Positions 1 through 9,961 of a stretch of 25,995 bases of DNA are shown in pieces. Source of the DNA: a virus (lineage: Duplodnaviria; Caudoviricetes); IMG/VR virus record IMGVR_UViG_3300026511_000024, positions 1 through 25,995 of that record; one strand, 5' to 3'. The stretch's first letter is position 1, and each line of letters opens with the position of its first letter. A program made the position numbers and the translations under genes. The notes under the pieces were generated by a model. It was given only the letters and a program-made list of their open reading frames with translations, was not told where the DNA came from and ran no database searches.

Positions 1-332
1 GACTCCGCAGCCTTAGCATCAAGATCAGCCTGATAAGCCGCCTCCTGCTCTGCCTTAGTGTGCGTAACACCTTCATCGTCAGTGTAGTCTTGGAACATAT
101 CCACTACTGACCACGCCTGTACCCAGTTGCCGTTAGCGTCTTGTGTAGCGCCGTTACGGACAGCCTGTGTGTAGCCTGTCACTTCGGGCTTAGGAGCTTC
201 GAGTACAGGGTCTATGCCAAGAGCGGAACAGACGTTAGCGTCCCACACTCGCGGCAGTGATGTGTTGCTGTTGAGCTTGCGGATTTGTCCCTGTGTTAAG
301 ACTTCGCCGCTTGATTGCACTCTGTATTCCAT
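1..332 (-). CDS. Tail fibre assembly chaperone-like protein, 3' end beyond the window (not in ORF track)
   Basis: Manual translation from ATG at 332: MEYRVQSSGEVLTQGQIRKLNSNTSLPRVW...KAEQEAAYQADLDAKAAE, open to the window edge; directly follows the tail fibre gene. Confidence 0.65.
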   Translation of the reverse strand, partial: MEYRVQSSGEVLTQGQIRKLNSNTSLPRVWDANVCSALGIDPVLEAPKPEVTGYTQAVRNGATQDANGNWVQAWSVVDMFQDYTDDEGVTHTKAEQEAAYQADLDAKAAE

Positions 333-343
333 AGTTGATATTC

Positions 344-2293
344 CTATGCGATGGAAAGGTAGATGTAAGTGCCGCCACTGGCGTTAAGCGCAGCAGGAGC
401 AGATGATGTTACTGTAAAGCCACTAGATAGTGGATCGATGTAGTCTGTAGATGTAACTTCTGCGGCTGTAGAGTTCAAGAGCAAGTAAGGATCGTTACCT
501 GCAACAATACCTCTTACGCTGTCCCAGACGTACCAGTCGCCAGTAGAGTCTGTACGCTTGATCAGGATGAATCTAGCGCCTGCCGAGAAACCACAGTCTA
601 CGTCTACGTTACTGCCTGTGCCTGTGTAGCTGCCTACTTTGCTTACTCCTGCTAGTGTGGCGAAATGATAACTAATAAAGTTTTTTCCGGTCATATTTAC
701 ATCTATAGCTGAGCCTAATGTAAAAACACTGCTAGTTGGAGAAGTGCTTGCAAACTGAAAGCTAGCGCCGGAAGAGCCACCGTTTTGACTTAGGTATATA
801 GAATCTTGTGGGCTAATCCCGCTATGGTACACAACCCACCCCGCCTCATATGGCGATAAACTTTCTCTCGCTTTAATAATCATCATTTCAGGCGCAACGC
901 CCAAGTTATGATTTATAGTTCTAGTCGACCCATTACCAGTATAAGCCACCACATCAAAGAAGCCTGTGGCGCGTTTGAAGTCGTAGAAAATCCCGTCTGT
1001 TCCTCCCCAAAGATTATTAAGATAGCCTTCATTACTATCATAACCAAAACCATAAGACGCAAATGATGCTTCAGCAGTGTTCGCATTAGTTGATAAATAG
1101 TTAGTTGGGCCTGATGAAGATGTGCCTCGAAGTCTATCTATAACTTGTCTATTCCCAGTTGATGAAACTTCAGCATGAAGAGTCATGTCAACAGGCCATC
1201 CAGTTGTGATGGTTTTCCCGTAGGGGGACGTTAATTCTGTAGCTTTAAAAACCTCAGTCCCAGACTCAGGAGTCTTCATTGGGCGGCGTATGGCTATGTA
1301 GATGTAGGAGTCACCGGGATCATTTGTCCAAGCATATGCAGTATTGGCTGTAAAACCTGTTGCGTTAAAATCAATAACATTTGCTGGAGTTACTTCAGCG
1401 TCACTTGTGTTTGCGTACAGAATTGCATCATCCCCTCCTGTTGCAACACCTCGCATATTGTCAAAAATTGACCAATTGTAAGCCTCATTGGTTTTCTTTA
1501 TCATAATCCACTGAGGTTCATACCCCAAATTGATAAAGTTTCCATCCGAACCTGTACCCGTATAACTCCCACACTTAATAATACTCTCGCTGCCATCGTC
1601 TCCAAAGCCTCCTGCGTCTGAGGCGAATAGGTAGGCTACGTAGGTTCTGCCTGAAAAATTGTAATAAACATTAGAGCCATTAAAAGTAATTGTGCTGTCT
1701 GTAGAAGTCATAGTGACATCTGTTTGAGCCGCAGCAGTAGAGTTAAGTGCTAGATAATTTGATGGTAGTGAGCGGTGATTTGTTATCCAGTCTCCAGAAT
1801 GAGACGTAACTTTAACCACAGACATTCCAACAGTAGCTCCTAAATTATGGGGCAGAGTAAAAGGCCCAGCAGCACCATCACCCGTCCAAGTCACAACATC
1901 AAAGAACTTCTCAGCCTTGCGGAATGTCCAAGAAACTTGAGGTTGATCGTTAAAATTGTACCACCCCGTTCCTACCGCGCTAGATACTCCAAAGCCGTCA
2001 GAATTAAAAGAGGCTAAGTCGTCATTCGACTGCTGTGCGTCTGTAGTGTTTGTGTAAAGATTGCCACCGTCTGTTTCTGTATCCCAAATGCCGTGATTCC
2101 AAGCAACATTGCGAGTCTTTATCCAAACAGCCCCACCCTTTCCCGCTAAGTCTATGCCGTTGACGATGTTTTGAGTGTTTGTTCCGGTGTTGTTACCCGT
2201 ATACAAATAAGTCGAGAAGACATCCTCAACGTACAGAGGGTCACCACCTGCATTACCCGCAGCCGCCGTTAGAGCTTTCGTTAGTTTGCTCAT
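344..2293 (-). CDS. Tail fibre / receptor-binding-type virion protein with internally repeated beta-rich domains
   Basis: 649 aa, G/S/T-rich; repeated motifs FFDVVxxTG, GSYTGTGS, HNLGxxP and IxIKxT..W typical of aquatic phage tail proteins; lies in the tail module. Confidence 0.75.
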   Translation of the reverse strand: MSKLTKALTAAAGNAGGDPLYVEDVFSTYLYTGNNTGTNTQNIVNGIDLAGKGGAVWIKTRNVAWNHGIWDTETDGGNLYTNTTDAQQSNDDLASFNSDGFGVSSAVGTGWYNFNDQPQVSWTFRKAEKFFDVVTWTGDGAAGPFTLPHNLGATVGMSVVKVTSHSGDWITNHRSLPSNYLALNSTAAAQTDVTMTSTDSTITFNGSNVYYNFSGRTYVAYLFASDAGGFGDDGSESIIKCGSYTGTGSDGNFINLGYEPQWIMIKKTNEAYNWSIFDNMRGVATGGDDAILYANTSDAEVTPANVIDFNATGFTANTAYAWTNDPGDSYIYIAIRRPMKTPESGTEVFKATELTSPYGKTITTGWPVDMTLHAEVSSTGNRQVIDRLRGTSSSGPTNYLSTNANTAEASFASYGFGYDSNEGYLNNLWGGTDGIFYDFKRATGFFDVVAYTGNGSTRTINHNLGVAPEMMIIKARESLSPYEAGWVVYHSGISPQDSIYLSQNGGSSGASFQFASTSPTSSVFTLGSAIDVNMTGKNFISYHFATLAGVSKVGSYTGTGSNVDVDCGFSAGARFILIKRTDSTGDWYVWDSVRGIVAGNDPYLLLNSTAAEVTSTDYIDPLSSGFTVTSSAPAALNASGGTYIYLSIA

Positions 2294-2302
2294 GCGTTAC
2301 TC

Positions 2303-4030
2303 CTAAACGTAGCTGCCAGTGTATGCACCGTAGAGTGTGCTAGAGACTTTCCAAAACACTAGCACATCTTTTGCCGTGAGTGTTGGAGCTACGTTTCCAC
2401 CGCTTGTTACCCACTGCATAGTTGGGTACGTTACTGTGTAACTAGCACCTGCTTCGAGCTGTAGGACGATTGCGTCACCAGAGCTTAGCGAGTCTGTGAA
2501 GGTCGTGTTAGCTGCGAGAGTCTTGGTCTGTACTGCGCCGTTGGTCGCATCAAAGGCTGTGCCTGACAGTGCGTAGACAGTGTCTCGGATGGTCTTGTTC
2601 GTAAAGGTGTCAGTGCTAGTCGCTGTGACCAGGGCTGTGACGCCGTCTAACAGATTAAGCTCTGTGGCAGTAGAGGTAACACCATCAAGGATATTCAGCT
2701 CTGCCGTAGTGGCAGTTATGCCATCAAGTGTATTAATTTCAGCAGCCGTTGCAGTAAGGTCAGAGATTTGGCTAACTGTAACCGAGGTTGCTGTAGGCGC
2801 TATGTCAGTCCATGCTGAGCCTGTGTAGACCTGCATCTTGTCGTCAGTAGTGTTGAAGTAGATTGCGCCTGTCAGCAAAGCGTCACCATCGTTATCTAAC
2901 GTAGGCGCAGAAGACTTCTGACCAAGGTAACGGTCATCAAAGTTATCGTAACTTGTGGCGGCTGCTGCGGCTGAACTTGCAGCGTTGCTTTCTGAGGTAG
3001 AAGCTGCTGTAGCTGATGTAGCTGCATTTGAAGCTGATGTGGCTGCGTTAGAGGCTGATGTGGCTGCTGCTGCGGCTGAGCCTGCTGCTGATGTAGCCGA
3101 ACCTAAGATTGAGTCTGTGTAGGCTTTAGTCGCTGCATCCTGAGCTAACGTAGGGTCGCCAACACCAGTAATCTTGTTAGTCCCCATTGCGATAGCACCG
3201 GACATAGTGCCGCCAGTGAGGCTTAGCTTTAGAGCGTCTGCGGTGTCAACATACGTCTTAGTTGCTGCGTCCTGTGCAGAAGTAGGGTCGCCCAAACCTG
3301 TAATCTTTGACGTACCCATTGCTATCGCACCAGTCATCGCACCACCCGCGAGAGGTAGCTTAGTGGCTAGTGCTGTTGTAACTGTACCTGCGAAGTTAGC
3401 GTCATCGCCTAATGCGGCGGCTAGCTCGTTAAGAGTGTCTAACGCGGCAGGAGCAGAATCAATTACTGCTGCAACTGTGTCGTCTACATAACTCTTGTTG
3501 GCTGCGTCAGTACCTACTGTTGGTGTAACAACATTAGTAAGTTTAGTGTTGGTAAAGTCAGCAGTACCATTAACGACTAAATCGTTTAAAGTAGTCGTGC
3601 CAGAAGACGCTGTAACATTACCTGTGACATTGCCTGTCAGATCGCCAGTTACATTACCAGTGACGTTACCTGTTAAGTTACCTGTGACGTTACCTGTTAA
3701 GCCACCTACAAAGCCCGTGGTGGCTGTTACTGTAGTACCCCTTACTGTTGACGCGGTAGTCGCACCAATGGGCGTAGAGTTAATTGTGCCACCTGTGACG
3801 ACTGCATTGCTAGATGCAAAAGTACCGTTAGCGGTTAGAGTGCCGGTAACGGTAGCTGTAGCAGTGGTGACAGTAGACGGATTAGTACCTAACTCTACAA
3901 TCTGTGTAGACGCATTCTCTGTGAAGATTCTTTTGTCTGTGACGTTGACAGCGAGTTCGCCCTGAACCAAGTCACTCGTGGTAGGGACTGCCGAGGCTGT
4001 AGAGCTGTTCTTGGTTACTATCGTTGCCAT
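2303..4030 (-). CDS. Tail fibre protein
   Basis: N-terminal LVQGELAVNVTDKRIF fibre-attachment-like motif, GNVT tetrapeptide run, three KITGxGDPTxAQDAATKxYxD-like repeats, APAALDTLNELAAALGDD motif, Ala/Ser-rich stalk. Confidence 0.85.
   Translation of the reverse strand: MATIVTKNSSTASAVPTTSDLVQGELAVNVTDKRIFTENASTQIVELGTNPSTVTTATATVTGTLTANGTFASSNAVVTGGTINSTPIGATTASTVRGTTVTATTGFVGGLTGNVTGNLTGNVTGNVTGDLTGNVTGNVTASSGTTTLNDLVVNGTADFTNTKLTNVVTPTVGTDAANKSYVDDTVAAVIDSAPAALDTLNELAAALGDDANFAGTVTTALATKLPLAGGAMTGAIAMGTSKITGLGDPTSAQDAATKTYVDTADALKLSLTGGTMSGAIAMGTNKITGVGDPTLAQDAATKAYTDSILGSATSAAGSAAAAATSASNAATSASNAATSATAASTSESNAASSAAAAATSYDNFDDRYLGQKSSAPTLDNDGDALLTGAIYFNTTDDKMQVYTGSAWTDIAPTATSVTVSQISDLTATAAEINTLDGITATTAELNILDGVTSTATELNLLDGVTALVTATSTDTFTNKTIRDTVYALSGTAFDATNGAVQTKTLAANTTFTDSLSSGDAIVLQLEAGASYTVTYPTMQWVTSGGNVAPTLTAKDVLVFWKVSSTLYGAYTGSYV
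3611..3706 (-). repeat. Eight degenerate 12-bp tandem units encoding G-[N/D/G]-[V/L]-T in the tail fibre
   Basis: TGTAACATTACC/TGTGACATTGCC/TGTCAGATCGCC/AGTTACATTACC/... with 12-nt period. Confidence 0.85.
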
Positions 4031-4045
4031 GTTAATTTCCTGTAA

Positions 4046-4324
4046 TTACCACTTAGTTTTATGCGACCAGTAGCGAGCTGATAGTTTAGAGGGGTTGGCG
4101 TCTTGAGCGTTATGCCTAGCGTAGTATGATTTCTTTCTAGCTTTGTCTTTGGCAGTCTTGGGATTACTCCCTGCACCTGTTACGCCTTGCTGACCGAATC
4201 TTACGGTCTTGATTTCGTCACCAACTTTAGCCAGGACTACATGGCTCTTGGTGGGATGGTTGGGTGTCTTCTTGGGCTTATTATACCCACTAACACCTAG
4301 CTTGGATATTCTAGGGTCTTTCAT
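4046..4324 (-). CDS. Small basic phage protein
   Basis: 92 aa, K/R-rich, motifs VRFGQQG, ARKKSYYARH and SARYWS..KW. Confidence 0.7.
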   Translation of the reverse strand: MKDPRISKLGVSGYNKPKKTPNHPTKSHVVLAKVGDEIKTVRFGQQGVTGAGSNPKTAKDKARKKSYYARHNAQDANPSKLSARYWSHKTKW

Positions 4325-4325
4325 A

Positions 4326-4357
4326 AGATAAGGGGGCAGGTTTCCCTACCCCCATCT
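4326..4357 (-). terminator. Stem-loop after the major capsid gene (terminator or RNA-stabilising hairpin)
   Basis: Minus strand GGGGGTAGG-GAAA-CCTGCCCCC followed by TTATCTT; GNRA tetraloop. Confidence 0.7.
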
Positions 4358-4361
4358 CCGT

Positions 4362-5315
4362 TTAGCCGTTTACAGCAAGAACGAAACCGCTGTCAGGGCG
4401 GTATGCCTTAACACCGTACAGAGTGTCAGCAGTGTACAGTGTTCCGAGGAACTCCTGCTTGTACTGAGTCTGTGAACGAACAGATACTTGTTCCGCGAGG
4501 ATCAGTGTGTCCTGGTGGATAAGCATCGCTGCTTTAACATCTCCACCCGCTGCGTTATCAGCAGCAGCTTCGATGATTGGGCAGTTAGAGCTAACGTATA
4601 CGTCAATGCCGTATAGGTTGCCGATCTTGCCGTTTTGAACAGTAGCGCCACCAACAAAGTCAGAAGACACATAGCGGTCAATACCCATGATTGCGTTACG
4701 CAGTGATGGGGGAATGACGAATGCGCGGTTGTCCATAGGGACGTCTGCGTCATCTTGCTTCTGGATCAATGCGCGGAAACCTGCGTCAGTGAATATGTCA
4801 GCAGCAGCAACAGTGTCAGCAGCGTAAGCTGTAAGACCAGTTGATGCGTCATTGTAGAACACAGCAGTGTTAGTCCAGTCAGAGCCATCACCATCACCTA
4901 GTGACTTACCGAGTTGGAATAGGTCGTTGTCTACTTGACGAGACAGAGCGTAACCCGCGTCACCAGTGTAGAAGTTACGCAGTGAAGCAAGAGCTTGCAC
5001 TTCAGTAATATCTTCGATGATGCGTGAGTACTCGTAGTGCTTGTCCACTACAACCTGAACTTCACTCTCAGTGTTGTTCTGTACTGTTACAGCAGTGTTC
5101 TCTGCTTTAGCGTATGCTGCGCCACGGATAGGAGCAGGGATGTGAATTGTATCCCCTTTCTTACCAGACATAGACATTTTCTTTACCAGGTTCGCGAGGA
5201 TGAGGTTCTTCTCATACGCTGCACGAATCTCGTCACTCCAAATTTCAGGTACAAAAGTAGCCGCTGAAGTGTTGTCAACAAAACCGCCAGTGGCGGGAAA
5301 AGTAGATGTAGCCAT
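4362..5315 (-). CDS. Major capsid protein (HK97 fold)
   Basis: 317 aa; FVPEIWS, GKKGDTIHIP, GKIGNLYGIDVYVSSN and ADTLYGVK motifs; follows the scaffold gene and precedes a hairpin. Confidence 0.92.
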   Translation of the reverse strand: MATSTFPATGGFVDNTSAATFVPEIWSDEIRAAYEKNLILANLVKKMSMSGKKGDTIHIPAPIRGAAYAKAENTAVTVQNNTESEVQVVVDKHYEYSRIIEDITEVQALASLRNFYTGDAGYALSRQVDNDLFQLGKSLGDGDGSDWTNTAVFYNDASTGLTAYAADTVAAADIFTDAGFRALIQKQDDADVPMDNRAFVIPPSLRNAIMGIDRYVSSDFVGGATVQNGKIGNLYGIDVYVSSNCPIIEAAADNAAGGDVKAAMLIHQDTLILAEQVSVRSQTQYKQEFLGTLYTADTLYGVKAYRPDSGFVLAVNG

Positions 5316-5337
5316 GTTAAATAATCCTTAAGTCAAG

Positions 5338-6111
5338 TTAGCTGCGGACTCGACCCTCTTGATACGCTCGCATGATTTCGTTGGACATGCCTTGATAGCG
5401 TTTCGGGTCATTCCGCATTAAGTCAATAATGTCTTGCCTCCGATATATCTTCTTGCTCGGAGCTTCTGAACTTCCATTAGCTCCACCTGTTGATGCTGTA
5501 TTTAAAGCATGCTTACGCTCTTTGCGTTCAATCTCTACAGTCTGCTTTGCGACATTCTTAATCTCTTTCCAGGTAGAAAAGAGTTCATCTGCTGCATCGT
5601 AGTTGTATTGACTGTTTGCTTGTTCGTATAGCTGTGATCGAATCTTGCTACCTGTCACCCATTTCTGGAAGTCAGGACTCATAGCAATATCTCTCAAGTC
5701 AGGATGTTTCTGCTGTAACGCGGAAAGTGTCTGACTTTGCTTCATCTCAGTACCAAACTGCTCCAATTTTTTCAAGGTTGGATGGTTTGCAATTTTGTAC
5801 TCTACAGCCTTATCAGGGTCAGCGAAGAAATCTATCTCTTCGGCTTCTTCCTGTTCGTTGACTTTAGTCTGCTTAAGAATGAAGTCATCAACAACGCTTC
5901 TTAACTTACCAACTTCTTCGCCTTGTTGACCTATGCGAGACTCAGCCTCTTGATGCATCTTGATCAACTCAGCAGGAGTCTTTCCACGGTAATGCTCGGG
6001 AAGTTCTTCTGTTGGTTCGCTTGCGGCTACCTCTGTACTTTCTTGCGAGACCGCTTCCGCTGTTTTTTCCTCATCTGCCTCTTGCGTAACTTCATCAATT
6101 AATTGTGCCAC
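5338..6111 (-). CDS. Capsid scaffolding protein
   Basis: Acidic N-terminus, LPEHYRGKT..EL motif, helical, C-terminal AYQEGRV; between portal and capsid; GTG start with GGAG RBS. Confidence 0.8.
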   Translation of the reverse strand: MAQLIDEVTQEADEEKTAEAVSQESTEVAASEPTEELPEHYRGKTPAELIKMHQEAESRIGQQGEEVGKLRSVVDDFILKQTKVNEQEEAEEIDFFADPDKAVEYKIANHPTLKKLEQFGTEMKQSQTLSALQQKHPDLRDIAMSPDFQKWVTGSKIRSQLYEQANSQYNYDAADELFSTWKEIKNVAKQTVEIERKERKHALNTASTGGANGSSEAPSKKIYRRQDIIDLMRNDPKRYQGMSNEIMRAYQEGRVRS

Positions 6112-6160
6112 TATTAAACTCCATAACTAACAAGACCAATCTAGCTACCCCGCAATAGGA

Positions 6161-6388
6161 CTATGAATTGGCTACCTTGCGTTCGTGTTTAATCTTCTGC
6201 TCCCTATCTCTAGCCCATTTCATAGTAGCTCCAGGAAAGCTGCCAGATATAGGATCGAGTACTGTCTTAGTCGCAGAGATTATCTTACTACTAGTTTCAC
6301 CACATTCAGGACAAATCCGATCTTCGGCAGTACGCACAAAAGCCTCATGTATGTGACCTTGCTTACACTGGAAATCAAAGACCTTCAT
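6161..6388 (-). CDS. FmdB-like zinc-ribbon protein
   Basis: FDFQCKQGHIHE...CPECG pattern. Confidence 0.7.
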   Translation of the reverse strand: MKVFDFQCKQGHIHEAFVRTAEDRICPECGETSSKIISATKTVLDPISGSFPGATMKWARDREQKIKHERKVANS

Positions 6389-6614
6389 CGCTTCCCTCTT
6401 TCTGTAGATGATCTACTGTAGATTCTAAGTTGAGAATAAACGCGAGGATGTTGAGTTGTCCTTTACGGAAATTCAAATCATCATTATCCCGCGTTGCTTC
6501 TACGGTGTTTATGTTAAGAGCGTTGGCACTTAGCTCTTTCATTAATTCTTTCCACCCCTCCATGACAAAGATGTCTTGGAGTGAGTTGTAATATTTTTCA
6601 GTTTCTTTATCCAT
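6375..6614 (-). CDS. Small head-module protein (start revised to ATG at 6614)
   Basis: MDKETEKYY...GWKEL...FRKGQLNIL; overlaps both neighbours, consistent with translational coupling. Confidence 0.7.
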   Translation of the reverse strand: MDKETEKYYNSLQDIFVMEGWKELMKELSANALNINTVEATRDNDDLNFRKGQLNILAFILNLESTVDHLQKEGSDEGL

Positions 6615-6774
6615 TCTTCTTAACCTTCTTCTTGGACTCTTCAATCATTTGATCTTTGAGTTCGTGAAGCAGAGAGTTCTGAGTTGACTCTACCGATTTT
6701 AGTCGCTTGTCTAATCTCTCAAGGATGATGTTAATTTCCTTAACCACTTCCTGTAACTCTCTTTGGGATACCAT
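6607..6774 (-). CDS. 55-aa coiled-coil protein (not in ORF track)
   Basis: MVSQRELQEVVKEINIILERLDKRLKSVESTQNSLLHELKDQMIEESKKKVKKNG; TAATG overlap with the portal stop; fills the gap exactly. Confidence 0.75.
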   Translation of the reverse strand: MVSQRELQEVVKEINIILERLDKRLKSVESTQNSLLHELKDQMIEESKKKVKKNG

Positions 6775-8702
6775 TAGGATAAAGCCTTTGCTGCTTCAAG
6801 ATTTAATTTCTTCTCTTTTAGAGCTGCGTCAGCCACTTTGAGGCGGCGTTCAAACTCTTTGTCCTCCGCTGTTCCTACTTGTAGGTTACTGGTAACTGCT
6901 TTGATTTGCGCAGTCTCTAGCTCTACAGGAATAGCTTTGATCTCAGCTTCCATCTTCTTAGCTCTTGCCTCTGACTCCATAGCCTGACCATTCAATGCGT
7001 TGGTCTGTGACTGTTGGAACTCCATTTGAGCTTGCATAGCTGCTTGTTGCGCTTGCTGCTGCTCAGGAGAAGGCTGTCCTGCCTGTGACAATGCCGCAAT
7101 AAGTTCTTCGCGGTTAGACAGGTTCATGTTGTCTATGATGGACTGTATTAATACAGGGTACAGAGGAGAGTCTTGTTGCATGGTTTGTAGCAGCTGAACT
7201 AACTGAGTAACCTCATATTCCCTTGCAATAATCCCTAATGAAGACGTTACATGGAAGTTATAGTCTGCAACGGGATAAATCTCTGGCTCAAACTGCATGT
7301 ACCTATAGGCGGCTTTTGAGACAAATGGAATCAAGAAAGACTCTTGGAAGTTAATCAGAGTCCTCTTATGACGCTTAATAATCGCACCAAGGGACATAGA
7401 TATTCCCGCAGCAGTAGCGTCACCATTGATAGACCCTGGTATACCCGCAGAGTCTATAGCGCCTGTGGCAGTTTGAACCATCTTCTGTAGTTCACCTGCT
7501 TGAGCAAAAGTAATTTGAGAGACTTGACCGAAGTTAAACGGCTGTAGAACCTCTGAAGGATTACCGTTTGTAAGAATGATCTTACCAGGTCTAACTTCTG
7601 GCTTTGCTCCTCTTGGTAAACGAGTAGCGTCCATAGCCATCATTGGGTGTACAGTTAACGCGAGGGCATCAATCCTTGCTCTGAGTTCCGCATCCAAAGC
7701 CTTTTGTGAGTTATAACCCTTCTCACAAACACCTCTTCCCCAGAATCTACTTGGAACTACGTCCCATGGGAAAGCCACAATAGGGCGATCCTGCATCATG
7801 TACGGGTTCTTCTCTGCCTTCAGCAAAGTACCACCGTTTGCAATCACTACAATAGCTTCAACGTAGAACGAATCGTCTTCGTCTTGCAAGTCAACCTCTT
7901 CATAATCGTCATCTTTGGTAAGCAAATGGCGGGGGACTAGACCATAGTACTTAGTAAGACGGACTTTATCGGTAGGTTGCGTGGTAAGTTCGTGGTCAGC
8001 ATCTAAATCAATGTCAGGATAGGCGAAGTTAAAGGGGACATCTTTGTAAACTCCCTTCTCTTGCAGCATTTCCACTTGATGCACTGGTACAAATTCGTCA
8101 ATAGCCACACCTATCGCGTCATCTACACTTGTAGCTACTGGGTCAATAAGGAAGTTCTGTGGTAGTACGCTTCTTAAGCGGCAAACTGTCCGATCTGATA
8201 TCTCTACGCCTATTTCTTGTAGCTGTCCGTCCATAGTAGGACGCGAGGAAGGTCGCATGTCTTTTACTTCTTCCAGAGTTAGCTCTGCTATCCCTGTTCC
8301 GAACACTGCCGCGTTAATTAAACACTCACCCACAGATTTGCGGACTTTATTCTTCTTAAAGTCCCTCATGAGTTGTTCGCGGAGGTACGCTACGTCTTGT
8401 GTCTCTTGGTCAGCAAAGTCGTCTTTGATGTCAAAGAACTTACCACGACCAAAGGTAGCCTCTTCAATCTCTGCGACTGAGGATTCTACGGCTTGTTGTA
8501 ACGCGGGAGAGATGATTTGCGACCTTTCGGAGTCTCTATTACGGTCTTCTGAGGAGAAGATACCCCTCCACAGACGGTAGTACTCATCGAACTTCTGCTC
8601 GTAGTTCATCTCGTAATGATCACGCCACTCGCGGCACTTGGTCATTACCCAGGAATCTAAGGTTTCCTCTATGCCAAACTGATCTTCGTTTCTTTCTAGC
8701 AT
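6774..8702 (-). CDS. Portal (head-tail connector) protein
   Basis: 642 aa directly after TerL; AAVFGTGI, NFLIDP and FWGRGVCE motifs; Q-rich helical C-terminal barrel as in P22-like portals. Confidence 0.9.
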   Translation of the reverse strand: MLERNEDQFGIEETLDSWVMTKCREWRDHYEMNYEQKFDEYYRLWRGIFSSEDRNRDSERSQIISPALQQAVESSVAEIEEATFGRGKFFDIKDDFADQETQDVAYLREQLMRDFKKNKVRKSVGECLINAAVFGTGIAELTLEEVKDMRPSSRPTMDGQLQEIGVEISDRTVCRLRSVLPQNFLIDPVATSVDDAIGVAIDEFVPVHQVEMLQEKGVYKDVPFNFAYPDIDLDADHELTTQPTDKVRLTKYYGLVPRHLLTKDDDYEEVDLQDEDDSFYVEAIVVIANGGTLLKAEKNPYMMQDRPIVAFPWDVVPSRFWGRGVCEKGYNSQKALDAELRARIDALALTVHPMMAMDATRLPRGAKPEVRPGKIILTNGNPSEVLQPFNFGQVSQITFAQAGELQKMVQTATGAIDSAGIPGSINGDATAAGISMSLGAIIKRHKRTLINFQESFLIPFVSKAAYRYMQFEPEIYPVADYNFHVTSSLGIIAREYEVTQLVQLLQTMQQDSPLYPVLIQSIIDNMNLSNREELIAALSQAGQPSPEQQQAQQAAMQAQMEFQQSQTNALNGQAMESEARAKKMEAEIKAIPVELETAQIKAVTSNLQVGTAEDKEFERRLKVADAALKEKKLNLEAAKALS

Positions 8703-8713
8703 AATAATCCCTG

Positions 8714-9961
8714 TTAGTAACCCGAAACCGAGTCAATGACTTCGAAGTCATCTATTTCAAAATCGTATGAGTAAGACACCTTGGCCAGTTGATCTACATA
8801 AGCCAAAGCGTCTACCATGTCATCGTGAGTTAAGGGGTCAGGGAATTGAAAGATCTCATCCATGAATTGGATGTTCCACTCTCCCTTGTTCAAGGTACAG
8901 ACTCCGTTTTCAAATCTGCCTTGTAAAGCCCACATTACCCTGTCGGTTTTCTTTCTGTTGCCGTGAGTCAGTTCTTCTACGCGGAAGAAACGCTGATTTT
9001 TCTTCATTAGGTCAGTCAGTGGAGACATCACCGCTTGTCGTGCGATGCCTTTCTCTATACCCACTGATATAGGTTCATAGTCCCTAACGATCTGGAATAT
9101 CTTCTGGGCAGTCTCGTTCAACTCCCAGCGTCCGGCGATTATATCACAAATCCACCATCCATATTCGCCGACTTTTACTATAGCTATGGCAGTGTTGTCA
9201 AGTTTTTTATTTTTGCTCTTTTTGCCAACCTCTTCAAAGCCTGCAAGGTCAATGGCTACATAGTAGTTCCCAGTAGGGGGTTCTTCCTCATCGAACTTGA
9301 TCCAGTCTTCTTTAAACATCTCAGAGCCTCTAGCCTCAAACGAGGCCATAAACTCCTGACGGAACGCGAAGGAAGACATGCCTTGTTTGGCAGAGTCTAT
9401 TTCCGCTTTGTCTAGTAAGTCGTTATCGTAGCTTGTAAAGTGCCATGCCTTAAAGTTGGGGTCTTCGCCTAAACTGGCTTGTTTGTAGAGTTCATAGAAA
9501 TGATTTCTACCCATTGGTGTCCCGATAAATAAGGCTTCTCCTTTCAAGTCTGTCAACGCGGGTCGTAGTATTAATTCCCACACATCGGGCTTCATGTCCG
9601 CGTATTCATCCAAGACAAGAAACTTAAGACTTACGCCGCGCATAGTCTCAGGTCTGTCCGCACCTTTCAAGCTTATTGTTGTGCCGTTGATTAATCTGAC
9701 CTGCATGTTATTGACATGTGAGGAGTCAATAACTGGTTGGCCTATCTCCAGAAGGAGATTCCACATAATGTCTCTTGCTTGGCCTTGTGTAGGAGCTACA
9801 TAGAACACCTGCCCTCTGTCTGACTTCAGGGCGTTGACTATCAAAAGGTAAGCCGCAAGACGAGACTTACCCGTCCTGCGACCCGCAGCAACTACTTTGA
9901 AACGGGTGACATCGTTCCAAACTTCTTTCTGCCACTCAAGGAGACTTATGTCTAGGTTCAT
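8714..9961 (-). CDS. terL: Terminase large subunit
   Basis: Walker A AAGRRTGKS, Walker B FLVLDE, FIGTP coupling motif, nuclease motifs AIDLA and HDDMVDALAY. Confidence 0.96.
   Translation of the reverse strand: MNLDISLLEWQKEVWNDVTRFKVVAAGRRTGKSRLAAYLLIVNALKSDRGQVFYVAPTQGQARDIMWNLLLEIGQPVIDSSHVNNMQVRLINGTTISLKGADRPETMRGVSLKFLVLDEYADMKPDVWELILRPALTDLKGEALFIGTPMGRNHFYELYKQASLGEDPNFKAWHFTSYDNDLLDKAEIDSAKQGMSSFAFRQEFMASFEARGSEMFKEDWIKFDEEEPPTGNYYVAIDLAGFEEVGKKSKNKKLDNTAIAIVKVGEYGWWICDIIAGRWELNETAQKIFQIVRDYEPISVGIEKGIARQAVMSPLTDLMKKNQRFFRVEELTHGNRKKTDRVMWALQGRFENGVCTLNKGEWNIQFMDEIFQFPDPLTHDDMVDALAYVDQLAKVSYSYDFEIDDFEVIDSVSGY

Noticed and set aside
2580-3965. Plus-strand ORFs 2580-2828, 3174-3491 and 3495-3965
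   Set aside because: Antisense shadows of the repetitive tail fibre gene, with no RBS or family motifs
344-4030. Diversity-generating retroelement target in the tail fibres
   Set aside because: No reverse transcriptase and no near-identical template/variable repeat pair seen in the window
6523-6540. Additional TTGGCAC (sigma54 -24-like) match
   Set aside because: No GC at the -12 position and it lies antisense inside a coding region
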